From positions 3,944 to 67,943 of the forward strand of contig PLAY01000152.1 in the NCBI GenBank assembly GCA_003134375.1: a stretch of 64,000 bases of DNA, given 5' to 3'. Source of the DNA: Limisphaerales bacterium. Its GTDB lineage: Bacteria; Verrucomicrobiota; Verrucomicrobiia; Limisphaerales; UBA11358. The notes under the pieces are model-generated. The model made no database searches and was not told the DNA's origin. It was given only the letters and a program-made list of their open reading frames with translations. This document shows, piece after piece, positions 27,530 to 37,574 of this stretch. Numbering within the stretch: position 1 is the first letter of the stretch; the number at the start of each line of letters is the position of its first letter. Made by a program: the position numbers and the translations under genes.

Positions 27530-30500
27530 ATGAAAGTCACCAAACCAAAAGCCGCGCCCAAACCCCGGGAATTTTTCTCCGCGCCGGTTTTATTGGCGGT
27601 CGTTCTGGCCGTGCTCTTCTGGAAAAGTTTTCTACCCAATTACGTCCATTTTTCAAACGATGGGCCGCTGGGGCAACAAAACACCACCTGGATTCAACTT
27701 CCCGCCGCTTTCACTGGAACCTGGCGGGATTTGAACGACATCGGCGACAACGCGGGTTCGTCTTCGTTGGACCTTACCTCGCTCATCAGTTGGACGCTGG
27801 GGCCGGTCGGCTTCGCCAAATTCCTCGCGCCCACCGCGCTGTTCATACTCGGTTTGGGGGCGTGGACTTTTTTCCGGCAATTAAAACTCTCGGCACTGGC
27901 CGCAACGCTGGGCGCGCTGGCGGCGGCGTTGACTTCCGCCTTTTTTTCAAACGCGTGTTGGGGCGTGGCGTCACAACAAATCGCCATCGGCATGGATTTC
28001 TTTGCTCTGGCGTTGATTGTTTCCAATTCGCCGGGAACCCCGGCGCTGACCCGTTGGGCACGGCTGGCTTTGGCCGGCTTGGCCGTTGGCCTTAATGTGA
28101 TGGAAGGGGCAGACAATGGCGCGATTTTCAGTTTGTTCGTCGCGGCTTTCGTGATTTATATAGCATTTGCCGGCGAGTTGGAGTGGACACGAGTTGAACG
28201 CATCGTGGTATGGATTGTTGTTAATTTGGGTTTTGTTCTGTTGTTATTTGTTATTTTGTTCACTGGATACGGAACCAATTACTATCTACGCGGGAAATTG
28301 ATGGTTCTTTTGCTGGTGATCCCCGCTTGCGTTTGGAATTGGGCGATCGCCACGCGTTACATACTGGCAAATCGGCTAGCGCACAGTATGGCGCGTGTCG
28401 GCGTTGTCGCCGTATTTGCAGGATTCATCGCCACACAAACTGTTGTGACGCTCATCGGCTCGTCCATCACCGGCATCGCCGGCACCGGACAGGACACGGA
28501 AACCAAAGAGCAGCACTGGGACTGGGCCACACAATGGAGCGTGCCCAAAATCGAAGCGCTCGGCCTGTTTGTCCCCGGCCTGTTCGGTTATCGGATGAAT
28601 ACGCCGAAAGACATGATGGACTTTTCCCAAGACGCCTACAAAGGGGGCAATTATTGGGGCGGTATTGGACGCAGCCCGGAAATTGACCGTTTTTTCGACA
28701 GTGGTGGGCAAGGCACACCGCCGGGCGGCATGATGCGATTCTCCGGTGGCGGCGGTTATGCCGGGGTGCTGGTGATGCTGGTGGCGTTGTGGGCGATTGC
28801 GCAATCGTTGCGGCGGCAGAATCTGGCATTCACCGAAACGCAACGGCGGCTCATTTGGTTTTTGTCGGTGATACTGATTGTGTCGCTGTTGCTGGCCTTT
28901 GGCCGCTTCGCGCCCTTCTACAAATGGCTCTACATGCTGCCGTATGTCTCGACGATGCGGAATCCATGCAAGTTTCTGGCGGTTTTTTCGTGGGCGCTGG
29001 TCATTCTGTTTGCTTGCGGCATACACGGTTTGAGCCGGCGTTATTTGGAAATTTCGGCGGCCAATTCCACTTCCCCGTCGGCGCAACTCAAAAATTGGTG
29101 GATGAAAGCGCGCGGTTTAGATCGAAATTGGACGTTGGTTTCTGTCCTGGCGGTCATCGGCAGCGTGCTCGGGTGGCTGATTTACGGCATGGAAAAGCCG
29201 GGCCTTGTCCGCTACCTGCAAAAGGTGGGGTTTCCCGACGAAGACATGGCCAAAGAAATCGCCGCGTTCAGCATCGGGCAGGTCGGCTGGTTTGTCATAA
29301 TCTTCGCGCTGGCGGTTGGCCTTTGCACGCTCATCATTGCGGGAGTTTTTGCGGGGCGACGCGCAAAATTAGGCGGCATTCTGCTCGTCGCGCTGCTCGT
29401 CGTGGATTTGGGCCGGGCGAATCTGCCCTACATCATTCACTGGGATTACAAACAAAAGTACGACATTGATTCAGCCAATCCGACCAATTCGACAAATCCG
29501 ATTATTAATTTCCTGCGCAACAAACCCTACGAACACCGGGTTGCCTATGGGCTGCCCAGGCCGTTGTCAACGCCGCCGCAATTTGAATTGTTTGATGAGC
29601 TCTATTCGATCGAATGGGCGCAACATCACTTTCCGTATTACAACATCCAGTCGCTCGATAAAATTCAAATGCCGCGTATGCCGGCGGACCTGGAGGCATT
29701 TGAGGGCGCATTGCGAATCGGCATCAGGCAGGACAGCTCCGGCCAGTGGACATTGGATCCGGAAACCTTTCCCCGGGTGGGGCGGCTTTGGGAATTGACC
29801 AACACCCGTTACCTGCTCGGCCCGGCGGGTTTGCTTGATTTATTTAACGAACAATTTGATCCGGGCTGGCAGCGGTTTCGCATCGTTCAACGCTTTACCA
29901 TCGCGCTCAAACCGGGAGTCAATGAATTCCATCAGCGGCTCGAAGAACTGGCCGCCGTTCCCAAAGACACCGGCGACTATGCGCTCATTGAATTCACCGG
30001 CGCGTTGCCGCGCGCCAAACTTTATTCCAACTGGCAGGTCAGCACCAACGACGACGCCACGCTCAAAATGCTGGTGAGCACAAATTTCGATCCGTGGCAA
30101 ACGGTCCTGGTTTCGACGCCGTTGCCGGGCGTGCCGGCGGCAAACGCGGCCAATCAAAATTCCAGCACGGTTGATTTCAAACGTTACGTGCCGGATGACC
30201 CCGTGTTCAAGGGGAAGGAAAATGGTTTATGGAAACAATCGGGATACTGTTACGCGCCGAAGGATATCATGTTCGATGCAAAAACCACCCCCCCCTCGGT
30301 GCTGCTGCTCAATGACCGGTTCGATTCGCACTGGTGCGTGCTGGTGGATGGCAAGCCGGCGGAACTGTTGCGCTGCAATTTCATCATGCGCGGGGTTTAT
30401 CTGACGCCCGGCCAGCACACGGTGGAATTCAAATTCAGCCTGCCCAACGGCCCCTTTTATGTTACGCTGACAGCAATTGTGGTTGGTCTTTGCCTGGTCG

Positions 30501-30547
30501 GTTATCTTTTCTCAGCGGGGAAACGGGTGGTGCCCATCCGGCGGTAA
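27530..30547 (+). CDS. large polytopic membrane protein (1005 aa), YfhO/GT-C-like glycan-related function suspected
   Basis: Start chosen at ATG 27530 (MKVTKPKAAPKPREFFSAPVLLAVVLAVLFW). It has many hydrophobic segments through about aa 640, a soluble C-terminal domain, and a final TM (FYVTLTAIVVGLCLVGYLF). Function is inferred only from architecture and from the neighbouring methyltransferase and GT2. Confidence 0.6.
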   Translation: MKVTKPKAAPKPREFFSAPVLLAVVLAVLFWKSFLPNYVHFSNDGPLGQQNTTWIQLPAAFTGTWRDLNDIGDNAGSSSLDLTSLISWTLGPVGFAKFLAPTALFILGLGAWTFFRQLKLSALAATLGALAAALTSAFFSNACWGVASQQIAIGMDFFALALIVSNSPGTPALTRWARLALAGLAVGLNVMEGADNGAIFSLFVAAFVIYIAFAGELEWTRVERIVVWIVVNLGFVLLLFVILFTGYGTNYYLRGKLMVLLLVIPACVWNWAIATRYILANRLAHSMARVGVVAVFAGFIATQTVVTLIGSSITGIAGTGQDTETKEQHWDWATQWSVPKIEALGLFVPGLFGYRMNTPKDMMDFSQDAYKGGNYWGGIGRSPEIDRFFDSGGQGTPPGGMMRFSGGGGYAGVLVMLVALWAIAQSLRRQNLAFTETQRRLIWFLSVILIVSLLLAFGRFAPFYKWLYMLPYVSTMRNPCKFLAVFSWALVILFACGIHGLSRRYLEISAANSTSPSAQLKNWWMKARGLDRNWTLVSVLAVIGSVLGWLIYGMEKPGLVRYLQKVGFPDEDMAKEIAAFSIGQVGWFVIIFALAVGLCTLIIAGVFAGRRAKLGGILLVALLVVDLGRANLPYIIHWDYKQKYDIDSANPTNSTNPIINFLRNKPYEHRVAYGLPRPLSTPPQFELFDELYSIEWAQHHFPYYNIQSLDKIQMPRMPADLEAFEGALRIGIRQDSSGQWTLDPETFPRVGRLWELTNTRYLLGPAGLLDLFNEQFDPGWQRFRIVQRFTIALKPGVNEFHQRLEELAAVPKDTGDYALIEFTGALPRAKLYSNWQVSTNDDATLKMLVSTNFDPWQTVLVSTPLPGVPAANAANQNSSTVDFKRYVPDDPVFKGKENGLWKQSGYCYAPKDIMFDAKTTPPSVLLLNDRFDSHWCVLVDGKPAELLRCNFIMRGVYLTPGQHTVEFKFSLPNGPFYVTLTAIVVGLCLVGYLFSAGKRVVPIRR

Positions 30548-30800
30548 AGAATGATTTGACGGCGGTTTCCGGTTCGAGATCGAGCCGTGTGTTGTTGATG
30601 CCCCAGCGGGCATCGGGAATGGCCGCGAGATGAAGTTCAGACCGGGATTTTCCACCAATTTAATACAAGGCGTTTCCTCGCGGCCAAACCTTGCCACTGT
30701 TCCGGATCCGTGTTATCAACTGTGGCCATAAACCCGCGATTTGGTGTGGGGAATTCAATGATGCCCTGCCAATTCCGGGTTGGTGATGATTTACTGACCT

Positions 30801-31607
30801 ATGCCCGAAATTGAGCAAAACGCACTGCAACTTCGCCGCCTCATTGTGCGTGCCACACGCGAAATCGCCTGTGAATCGCCCGACCACCTTGTCCCTTTTG
30901 GCACCCGGCGCGACAACAGCACCCATCGGCGCTTTAATAAAAAACTTTCCGAACTCTTCGGCATAGATACTTCGCTATGGGTGCTGGATCTGGGCTGCTC
31001 GGGCGGCGGGTTTGTGAAGAGCTGTCTTGACGAGGGCAACATGGCCGTGGGCATCGAAGGCAGTGACTATTCCAAAAAACTGCGGCGCGCCGAGTGGCGC
31101 ACCATCCCGGAACATCTCTTCACCGCCGACATTACCGCGCCTTTTGAGGTGTTGGGTGAATTTCCTGCGGGTGAACAACGGCTCCAGTTTGATGTCATCA
31201 CCACCTGGGAAGTCATGGAACACATCCACGAACGCGACATCGCCGGAGTGGTTGAAAATATTAAGAAACATCTGCGGCCCGGCGGATTGTGGATCATGAG
31301 CATTGCTTTGTGTGACGACTTCCACAAAGGCGTGAATCTTCACCAAACCGTCAAGCCCAAGACCTGGTGGGTTGAAAAAATTGAAGGCCTCGGCGTGCGC
31401 TGTGTTGATGAGTATGTGGATTACTTCAACACACAATTTTTACGCGGCCCGAAAGACACCTGCCGCCCCGGCTTCCACCTCGTTGTCACCAACGAACCCA
31501 AACTGGCCCCGGAGATTCCCAGGGAACCTTTGAGCTATCGCATTTATGACAAGTGGCTGGGCAGCCGGCTCCAGAAACTTCTCCGCTTCGCGATTTACGG
31601 CTATTAG
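30801..31607 (+). CDS. class I SAM-dependent methyltransferase
   Basis: Motif I VLDLGCSGGGFV. Contains DVITTWEVMEHI. 268 aa. Confidence 0.8.
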   Translation: MPEIEQNALQLRRLIVRATREIACESPDHLVPFGTRRDNSTHRRFNKKLSELFGIDTSLWVLDLGCSGGGFVKSCLDEGNMAVGIEGSDYSKKLRRAEWRTIPEHLFTADITAPFEVLGEFPAGEQRLQFDVITTWEVMEHIHERDIAGVVENIKKHLRPGGLWIMSIALCDDFHKGVNLHQTVKPKTWWVEKIEGLGVRCVDEYVDYFNTQFLRGPKDTCRPGFHLVVTNEPKLAPEIPREPLSYRIYDKWLGSRLQKLLRFAIYGY

Positions 31608-31609
31608 CG

Positions 31610-32617
31610 ATGCGCGCCTCCGTCATCGTCTGTACTCGCAACCGCGCCAGTTCCATCTCGGAAACCCTTGAAGCGCTTTCCCGGCTGGAAGGCGGGGATT
31701 TTGAAATCCTGATCGTTGACAGCAGCAGCGGCGCGGACAAGGAAAAGACGGCGGAACTTGCTGCTCAATTCGGGGCAAAATACCTCTCCGAACCGAGGCC
31801 GGGATTGTCGCTCGCCCGAAACACGGGGATTGCCGCCGCCACCGGTGAAATCATCGCCTTCACCGACGATGACTGCATTCCCGCAAAAGACTGGCTGGCG
31901 CAGAAGATCAAAAATTATTCCGACCCGGCCGTCTGGGCCTGCACCGGCCGGGTCATCCAGCACAACACCGGCGGCGCTTCCAACCTGTTTGAAGAAGTTG
32001 CCGGACAGGATTTGGGCGGCGAAAAACGCTCTTTCACGCCGGAAGATGTTCGCGGCGGCATCGGATTTCTTATGGCGAACATCGGCAAGGTTTTTGCCAA
32101 GCACATGAAATCCCGCGCACCCGCCCCCTTCGGCATCGGCCACGGCAGCAGCCTTTCATTCCGCCGCGAGTTTTTTGAAAAAACCGGCGGCTGCGACGTG
32201 CGTTTTGGCGCCGGCGCGCCGTTCAAAGGCTGCGACGACCTGGAAATGCTTTATCGGGTCTTGAAATCCGGCCACACCATCATTTACGAACCCGCGGCGA
32301 TCGTGCGGCACAAACATCGCCTTACGTCGGATGCCGAAGCCTCCTCCGCCGTTCGCAACCTTCGCGAAACCAGCGCGGATGAAGTCTATAAAACGCGCTA
32401 CGTTTACAGCTTTGCTGGCGCGGCCATGATGCGTGAATTCAGAAAAGACCTGCCGATGTTTTTCATGTTTTATGGCCGCTTGCTCCAGCTCGTCATCAAA
32501 AGCGCCCAATACCGGCTGACGAGAAAAACGGAACTGGCAAAATCGTTCGGTTCCGACTTGCGCGGTTTTCTGGACGGCTGCGCCGCCCACAAAAAATTTT
32601 CCAAGGCCGCAAAATAA
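31610..32617 (+). CDS. family 2 glycosyltransferase
   Basis: Start at ATG 31610 (MRASVIVCTRNRASSISETLEAL). Contains ILIVDSSSGAD and FTDDDCIP (DxD). Confidence 0.85.
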   Translation: MRASVIVCTRNRASSISETLEALSRLEGGDFEILIVDSSSGADKEKTAELAAQFGAKYLSEPRPGLSLARNTGIAAATGEIIAFTDDDCIPAKDWLAQKIKNYSDPAVWACTGRVIQHNTGGASNLFEEVAGQDLGGEKRSFTPEDVRGGIGFLMANIGKVFAKHMKSRAPAPFGIGHGSSLSFRREFFEKTGGCDVRFGAGAPFKGCDDLEMLYRVLKSGHTIIYEPAAIVRHKHRLTSDAEASSAVRNLRETSADEVYKTRYVYSFAGAAMMREFRKDLPMFFMFYGRLLQLVIKSAQYRLTRKTELAKSFGSDLRGFLDGCAAHKKFSKAAK

Positions 32618-32621
32618 AAAC

Positions 32622-33389
32622 TCAAAGGCCGGTCGGGTGATCGAGAAACCCCCACGGCACTTTGAACTTTTTTGAGAGTTCCGCCGCCAGCGCCTTCACG
32701 CCGAACGTTTCCGTCGCATAGTGGCCCCCGTAAAAAACGTTGATGCCCAGTTCCTCCGCCAGCGCATAAGTCCAGTGCGGACCTTCGCCGGTGACAAACG
32801 TGTCCACGCCCTCCGCCGCGGCCAGATTCAAACCGTCGCCCGCGCCGCCGGTCACGACGCCGATGCGCCGGCAAATTTTCGGGCCGCCGGGAATGATTCG
32901 CGGTTTCGCGCCGGTCGCGCGCGCGAGCCTCGCGGCTAGTTCCGCGCGGGAAATCCTGGCGCGCGATTGAAAACCAATCGGCTGGCCGTGGGTGACAAAA
33001 AACGGCTGTAGATTTTTCAACCCGAGCGCGGCGCAGAGTTGCGCGTTGTTGCCGAGCCGGGGATGCGCATCGAGCGGCAGATGCGAACTGTAAACCGCCA
33101 GATTATTTTCCACCAGCAGCCGGAGCAGCTCGTATTTTTTTCCCGTCCACGGATGCGCTGGCGACCAGAACAGTCCGTGATGTACAATCAACAAATCCGC
33201 CCTGGCAGCAATGGCGAGTTTCACGGTGGCGAGGCTGGCGTCCACCGCCGCTGCGATGCGCGTGACGCTGCCGGAGTTCCCGGCCTGCAGGCCATTCACC
33301 GCGCCGTCGTAATCCCCGATTTTAGCCGTGCGCAGAATCCGGTCGCAGTATCCGGCGATGGTTTTTAAGGAAGCGTTTGGCATTTGCAC
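32622..33389 (-). CDS. Nif3-like dinuclear metal centre protein (YbgI family)
   Basis: Contains LLIVHHGLFW and the C-terminal GHYATETFG motif. 255 aa. Confidence 0.85.
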   Translation of the reverse strand: MQMPNASLKTIAGYCDRILRTAKIGDYDGAVNGLQAGNSGSVTRIAAAVDASLATVKLAIAARADLLIVHHGLFWSPAHPWTGKKYELLRLLVENNLAVYSSHLPLDAHPRLGNNAQLCAALGLKNLQPFFVTHGQPIGFQSRARISRAELAARLARATGAKPRIIPGGPKICRRIGVVTGGAGDGLNLAAAEGVDTFVTGEGPHWTYALAEELGINVFYGGHYATETFGVKALAAELSKKFKVPWGFLDHPTGL

Positions 33390-33397
33390 AATGATGA

Positions 33398-33700
33398 TTA
33401 CAGTTCGCCAAGCAGATTGTTGGCGATGATTGAGGACAGGGTTTTATAGACCGTTGCCCGGTAGCCGGCAAAGAAACAAACCAACACCCGCACGCCGGCC
33501 TCGGATTTTTCTTCAAACACGACCCGCATTTTACCGACGCGCAGCCGGAAATAGGGCGACAGCCTGCCTTCAAGCTGGAGGACATCGCCCTTGCTGTTTG
33601 CCAGTCCTTTGATTCCTGACCAAATTTTTCGGCGTGGTTCCGGCGCCAGCGCGGCGATGAAGTCATGCACCTGTTGGCGAACATCAATGCGGATGTTCAT
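33398..33700 (-). CDS. type II toxin, RelE/ParE superfamily
   Basis: 100 aa. Contains YFRLRVGKMRVVFEE...VLVCFFAGYRATVY (RelE/ParE core). Its ATG overlaps the stop of the upstream antitoxin gene (ATGA). Confidence 0.75.
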   Translation of the reverse strand: MNIRIDVRQQVHDFIAALAPEPRRKIWSGIKGLANSKGDVLQLEGRLSPYFRLRVGKMRVVFEEKSEAGVRVLVCFFAGYRATVYKTLSSIIANNLLGEL

Positions 33701-33948
33701 GCCGAGAATTTTTCGTCCAATTCCTTTGCGGTGTAAGTTTTGGCCCTGCCGGAACGGTGCGCCTTGAGTGCCGCCGTGAATTCGGGATTTTCCAAAAGCT
33801 CAATGCTTTCAATCATGGCTTCCAATCGCTGTTTGGACAGGTAGAAGCCCTTGACTTCACCGTGAACCGAAATGGCGAAACTGTCTTCCTTGATCAGGCG
33901 TGGCAGTTTGGCCTGGGCCTGGCTGATGGTGTATGTAGAACTGCTCAT
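33697..33948 (-). CDS. type II antitoxin, Phd/YefM family
   Basis: Start at ATG 33948 (MSSSTYTISQAQAKLPRLIKEDSFAISVHGEVKGFYLS...IESIELLENPEF). 83 aa. Confidence 0.7.
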   Translation of the reverse strand: MSSSTYTISQAQAKLPRLIKEDSFAISVHGEVKGFYLSKQRLEAMIESIELLENPEFTAALKAHRSGRAKTYTAKELDEKFSA

Positions 33949-34088
33949 AATTTTATGTAAAATAAGCGCGTCCGGCTTCACGGTCAAGCGAACATCTTGT
34001 GACGGGACCGGCGGATTCAGCCGCAACCAAAGGAGCGTGGACAGCTTTGTCCGGTCGCTGATGCCTCTCCGCTCCGGTTCGATGCTTT

Positions 34089-34160
34089 CCAACGGATGAA
34101 AAGTGCCAACGGATTCTTTGAAGGAAAATGTCACATCAGTTGGAACTTTTCATCCGTTGG
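34089..34160. promoter_or_regulatory. 16-bp perfect inverted repeat (candidate TA operator or insulator hairpin)
   Basis: ccaacggatgaaaagt (34089-34104) and acttttcatccgttgg (34145-34160) are separated by 40 nt. A third copy of ccaacgga lies at 34106-34113. The site sits between the divergent TA modules. Confidence 0.4.
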
Positions 34161-34398
34161 TAAAAAGGACGTGCGATGCCCACGGCAGGAATTTGTTGTC
34201 AGAAATGCGTGATCCTGTGAAGCCATCCGCAAGGGAGCGCGCGAACCGGCCAAACACGGGCGCGAATTGTGCCGGTATAACTTCCCTTTTGGGCGCAAAT
34301 GGCAGGGGAAACCGTATGCCATCAAGCAGATTGCGCCGGTCATTATGGAAAAGGCCAATGAAATAGTTGTCATTACCGTTTACACGTTTTACTTTTGA
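34103..34398 (+). pseudogene. DUF4258-type toxin gene disrupted by a frameshift
   Basis: The C-terminal part in frame 1 (34213-34398) reads SCEAIRKGAREPAKHGRELCRYNFPFGRKWQGKPYAIKQIAPVIMEKANEIVVITVYTFYF*, a typical DUF4258 C-terminus. The N-terminal part (...FHPLVKRTCDAHGRNLLSEMRDPV) lies in frame 2 from GTG 34103. Frame 1 has a TGA at 34210-34212. Confidence 0.55.
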
Positions 34399-34410
34399 AA
34401 GAGACCGGCC

Positions 34411-34671
34411 ATGAAAATCAGTTACGATCCAGAGATTGACGCGCTTTACATCCGGCTGCGGGAAGGGCGGCACGAGTGCCGCACCGTGCGCTTGTCCGAA
34501 GAAGTGGCGTTAAACATTGGCGAGGGCGAAAAGCTGGTGGGGATCGAGATTTTGGATGCCAAATCCATTCTTGGGCCGGCTAAAATTCCCGCCGTGACAC
34601 TGGAAGGAATTGAATCCGTCACCGGCCCGCTGGTGCTCCACGAGCGGCCGGCAAAATACGGAAAGAAGTAA
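34411..34671 (+). CDS. DUF2283 family protein (usual partner of DUF4258 toxins)
   Basis: MKISYDPEIDALYIRL...LVGIEILDA is the DUF2283 signature. 86 aa. Confidence 0.75.
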   Translation: MKISYDPEIDALYIRLREGRHECRTVRLSEEVALNIGEGEKLVGIEILDAKSILGPAKIPAVTLEGIESVTGPLVLHERPAKYGKK

Positions 34672-34865
34672 TCAACTGTTGGATCAGGAAAGCGCCGAAT
34701 TGGAGAAGCAGGCGGAAAAGCTCGCGGATGAAATCAAGGAGTTGAACGGACAATCGGCGGCTGGAATTTCTTGAAGCGTTGTTCACGATTGCGGAAAATT
34801 TTTCATTCCGCTTGTTGCTTTCTGCGCGGAGGATTTTATAGTGCATTCAGTTTGAATTCATTGAG

Positions 34866-36806
34866 ATGAGCAATCCAAATGACGCGGCGCAGCCGTGGGA
34901 CATCGAAGCGGCGCGCACGCTTTACAATATCCAGCGCTGGGGCGCGAAGTATTTCGACATCAACGAAGCCGGGCACGTCGTGGCGCGGCCCTTGCAGGAC
35001 GCGGGCGCGACGGTGGATTTGACGGACGTGGCCGAGGAGGCCAGGTCGCGCGGGCTGAAGTTTCCGCTGCTCATCCGGTTTCAGGACATTTTGCGCCATC
35101 GCGTCGAAGCGATCAACCAGTGCTTCCGCGATGCCATCACCGAATACAATTACCGGGGCCGGTATCGCGGCGTGTTTCCGATCAAGGTCAACCAGCTCCG
35201 CGAGGTGGTGGAGGAAATTCTCGACGCGGGCAAGCCGTTTGAGTTCGGCCTGGAAGTCGGCAGCAAACCGGAATTGTTCGCCGGACTGGCCATGCAAAAC
35301 CAGATGGGCAGCCTCATCATTTGCAACGGTTACAAGGACGCGGAGTTCATCCGGATGGCCCTGCTCGGCATCAAGCTGGGCAAAATGGTCATCATGGTCG
35401 TGGAAAAACTGGAGGAGTTGCGGCAAATCATTTCCATTTCCAAATCGGTGGGCGTTGAACCGCTCATCGGCATCCGCACGCGGCTGTTGAGCAAGGGCAC
35501 GGGGCGCTGGGCGGGCAGTGGCGGTGAAAACGCGAAGTTTGGCCTGAGCACGGCGGAGCTTTTGGAAGCAACGGAAATGTTGAAGGCGGAAAATCTGGGG
35601 CACTGTTTCAAGCTGCTGCATTTTCACATCGGTTCGCAGGTGCCGGACATTCTCACGGTGAAAAAGGCGGTGCAGGAGGCCGCGCGGCTTTACGCAAAAC
35701 TGCACAAGATGGGCTTCCCGATTTCATACCTCGACGTTGGCGGCGGGTTGGGCGTGGATTACGACGGCAGCCGGTCGGCGTTTGACAGCTCGACGAATTA
35801 CACGCTGCAGGAATACACCAACGACGTGGTTTATTACATCGCCGACGTTTGCAACGCCGAAAACGTGCCGCACCCGGACATCGTCAGTGAAAGCGGACGC
35901 GCCATCGTCGCGTATCACAGCGTGCTGATTGTCGAGGTGTTCGGCGCGATTGAAAAAATCCGGCCGGGCGAATTTTTGAAATTCGGCGACCAGGAACATC
36001 CGCTCGTCAATGAGTTGCTCGATATCAGGAAAAACCTCGCCAAACTCAACAAGCTCGAGGCTTATCACGACGCACTCGAACGCCGCGAGGACGCGCAGCA
36101 CATGTTCACGCTCGGCGTGCTGGATTTGCCCGACAAGGCGAAAATTGAGGATCTTTACTGGCAGATCGGTCGCGCCGTGGTCGAACACTACAAGGGCCAT
36201 GCCTACGTGCCGGAGGAAATCCGCCTGCTCGAGGACAGTTTGGGCGACCAGTACCTCTGCAATTTCTCTGTCTTTCAATCGCTGCTCGACCACTGGGCGC
36301 TCGACCAGTTGTTTCCCATCATGCCGATTGCCCGCCTGAACGAACGTCCTACGCGCGAAGTCACGCTCGTGGACATCACCTGCGATTCCGACGGACAGGT
36401 CAGCAAGTTCATTGACCTGCGCGATGTGCGCGACACGCTGCCGCTGCACAAACTCAACACCAATGGCAACGGTTTGCCTGAGCCATATTACATCGGCTTT
36501 TTCCTGATGGGCGCGTATCAGGATATCATGGGCGACCTGCACAACCTGTTTGGCCGCGTCAACGAAGTCCACGTTTTTCTCGAGCCCGACGAACCGACCG
36601 GTTATTACATCGAGGAAATCATCGAAGGCAACACCATCATCCAATCACTCGCGGCGGTGCAATATGACGAAAACGAATTAAAGCGGCAAATGAAGGCGCA
36701 GATTGACGAGGCCATCAAATCCGACCGCATGAAACCATCCGAAGCCATGCGCCTGCTCGACGATTACGAGCGCGGCTTGAAGGCTTACACCTATTTGTCA
36801 TTTTAA
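34866..36806 (+). CDS. speA: biosynthetic arginine decarboxylase
   Basis: 646 aa. Contains WDIEAARTLYNIQRWGAKYFDIN, FPIKVNQ (PLP lysine), and ESGRAIVAYHSVL. Confidence 0.92.
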   Translation: MSNPNDAAQPWDIEAARTLYNIQRWGAKYFDINEAGHVVARPLQDAGATVDLTDVAEEARSRGLKFPLLIRFQDILRHRVEAINQCFRDAITEYNYRGRYRGVFPIKVNQLREVVEEILDAGKPFEFGLEVGSKPELFAGLAMQNQMGSLIICNGYKDAEFIRMALLGIKLGKMVIMVVEKLEELRQIISISKSVGVEPLIGIRTRLLSKGTGRWAGSGGENAKFGLSTAELLEATEMLKAENLGHCFKLLHFHIGSQVPDILTVKKAVQEAARLYAKLHKMGFPISYLDVGGGLGVDYDGSRSAFDSSTNYTLQEYTNDVVYYIADVCNAENVPHPDIVSESGRAIVAYHSVLIVEVFGAIEKIRPGEFLKFGDQEHPLVNELLDIRKNLAKLNKLEAYHDALERREDAQHMFTLGVLDLPDKAKIEDLYWQIGRAVVEHYKGHAYVPEEIRLLEDSLGDQYLCNFSVFQSLLDHWALDQLFPIMPIARLNERPTREVTLVDITCDSDGQVSKFIDLRDVRDTLPLHKLNTNGNGLPEPYYIGFFLMGAYQDIMGDLHNLFGRVNEVHVFLEPDEPTGYYIEEIIEGNTIIQSLAAVQYDENELKRQMKAQIDEAIKSDRMKPSEAMRLLDDYERGLKAYTYLSF

Positions 36807-36848
36807 GGCGGCGGAGAAAATTGTCGGAATGTCAAACCCGGAACCAAT

Positions 36849-37553
36849 TTGACCGAGACCCAAAATTTAGGAACCGAGACCCGGAACGAAGCCGAACTGC
36901 TTCGTTCTCTCGGACGGCTGGCGCGCGGACTTTCCGCCTTGTTTTGGGGATTGCCGGCGTCGCTGGTCATTTGCGCGGAAACGGCGCGCGCCGACTGGCT
37001 CAGGCCGCTGGGCATTGTTCCCGTGCTGGCCGGCACCAGTTTGTTGCTCTACGGCCTCTGGCAAATGAGCGATTTCCAAAAACAGGAACGCCCCTGGCGC
37101 AACGCCCTCGACCGCGCGAAACTCCCCGGCCTCGTCAATTTCGGCCTTTGCCCGTTTCTTTACTGGCAGAATAAAATGCCGGAACAACCTTTTTTCAATG
37201 CGGCGGTTTTTGTCCTCGTTCTGTCGGCGCTGCTTTTCTTGTTCAATTTGAATGTTGTCCTCAAACAACTCGGCGCGATGCTGCCGGACGAGACGCTCCG
37301 CCAGGAAACGCGCCTGTTCACCACCCTCAACCGCTGGTTGCTCGTCGGCCTTTTGTTTCTCGGCATGGGCTACGCCGTTTTCCTGTACTCCCCGCGATTG
37401 CAGTTGACGCTCGGCGACGCTTCCAATCAGCTGGATCGTCTCAGCTTTTGGGCGCTGACGTTTTTTGCGCTGCTGCCGCTGGCCATGACCATGGCGCTGC
37501 TCTGGAAAACCAAGGAAGTCATCCTCGACAGCGTTTTCGGCGCGCGCCATTGA
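36849..37553 (+). CDS. hypothetical membrane protein
   Basis: 234-aa ORF with a TTG start in the track and about 6 hydrophobic segments. No family recognised. The start is uncertain. Confidence 0.45.
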   Translation: MTETQNLGTETRNEAELLRSLGRLARGLSALFWGLPASLVICAETARADWLRPLGIVPVLAGTSLLLYGLWQMSDFQKQERPWRNALDRAKLPGLVNFGLCPFLYWQNKMPEQPFFNAAVFVLVLSALLFLFNLNVVLKQLGAMLPDETLRQETRLFTTLNRWLLVGLLFLGMGYAVFLYSPRLQLTLGDASNQLDRLSFWALTFFALLPLAMTMALLWKTKEVILDSVFGARH

Positions 37554-37574
37554 ATCTGCCGCATTCCCTTTCAC

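Noticed and set aside
34672-34865. Coiled-coil-like reading QLLDQESAELEKQAEKLADEIKELNGQSAAGIS after the DUF2283 gene
   Set aside because: About 33 codons with no ATG/GTG start and no RBS seen. It may be a remnant of another gene, but there is not enough evidence to call it.
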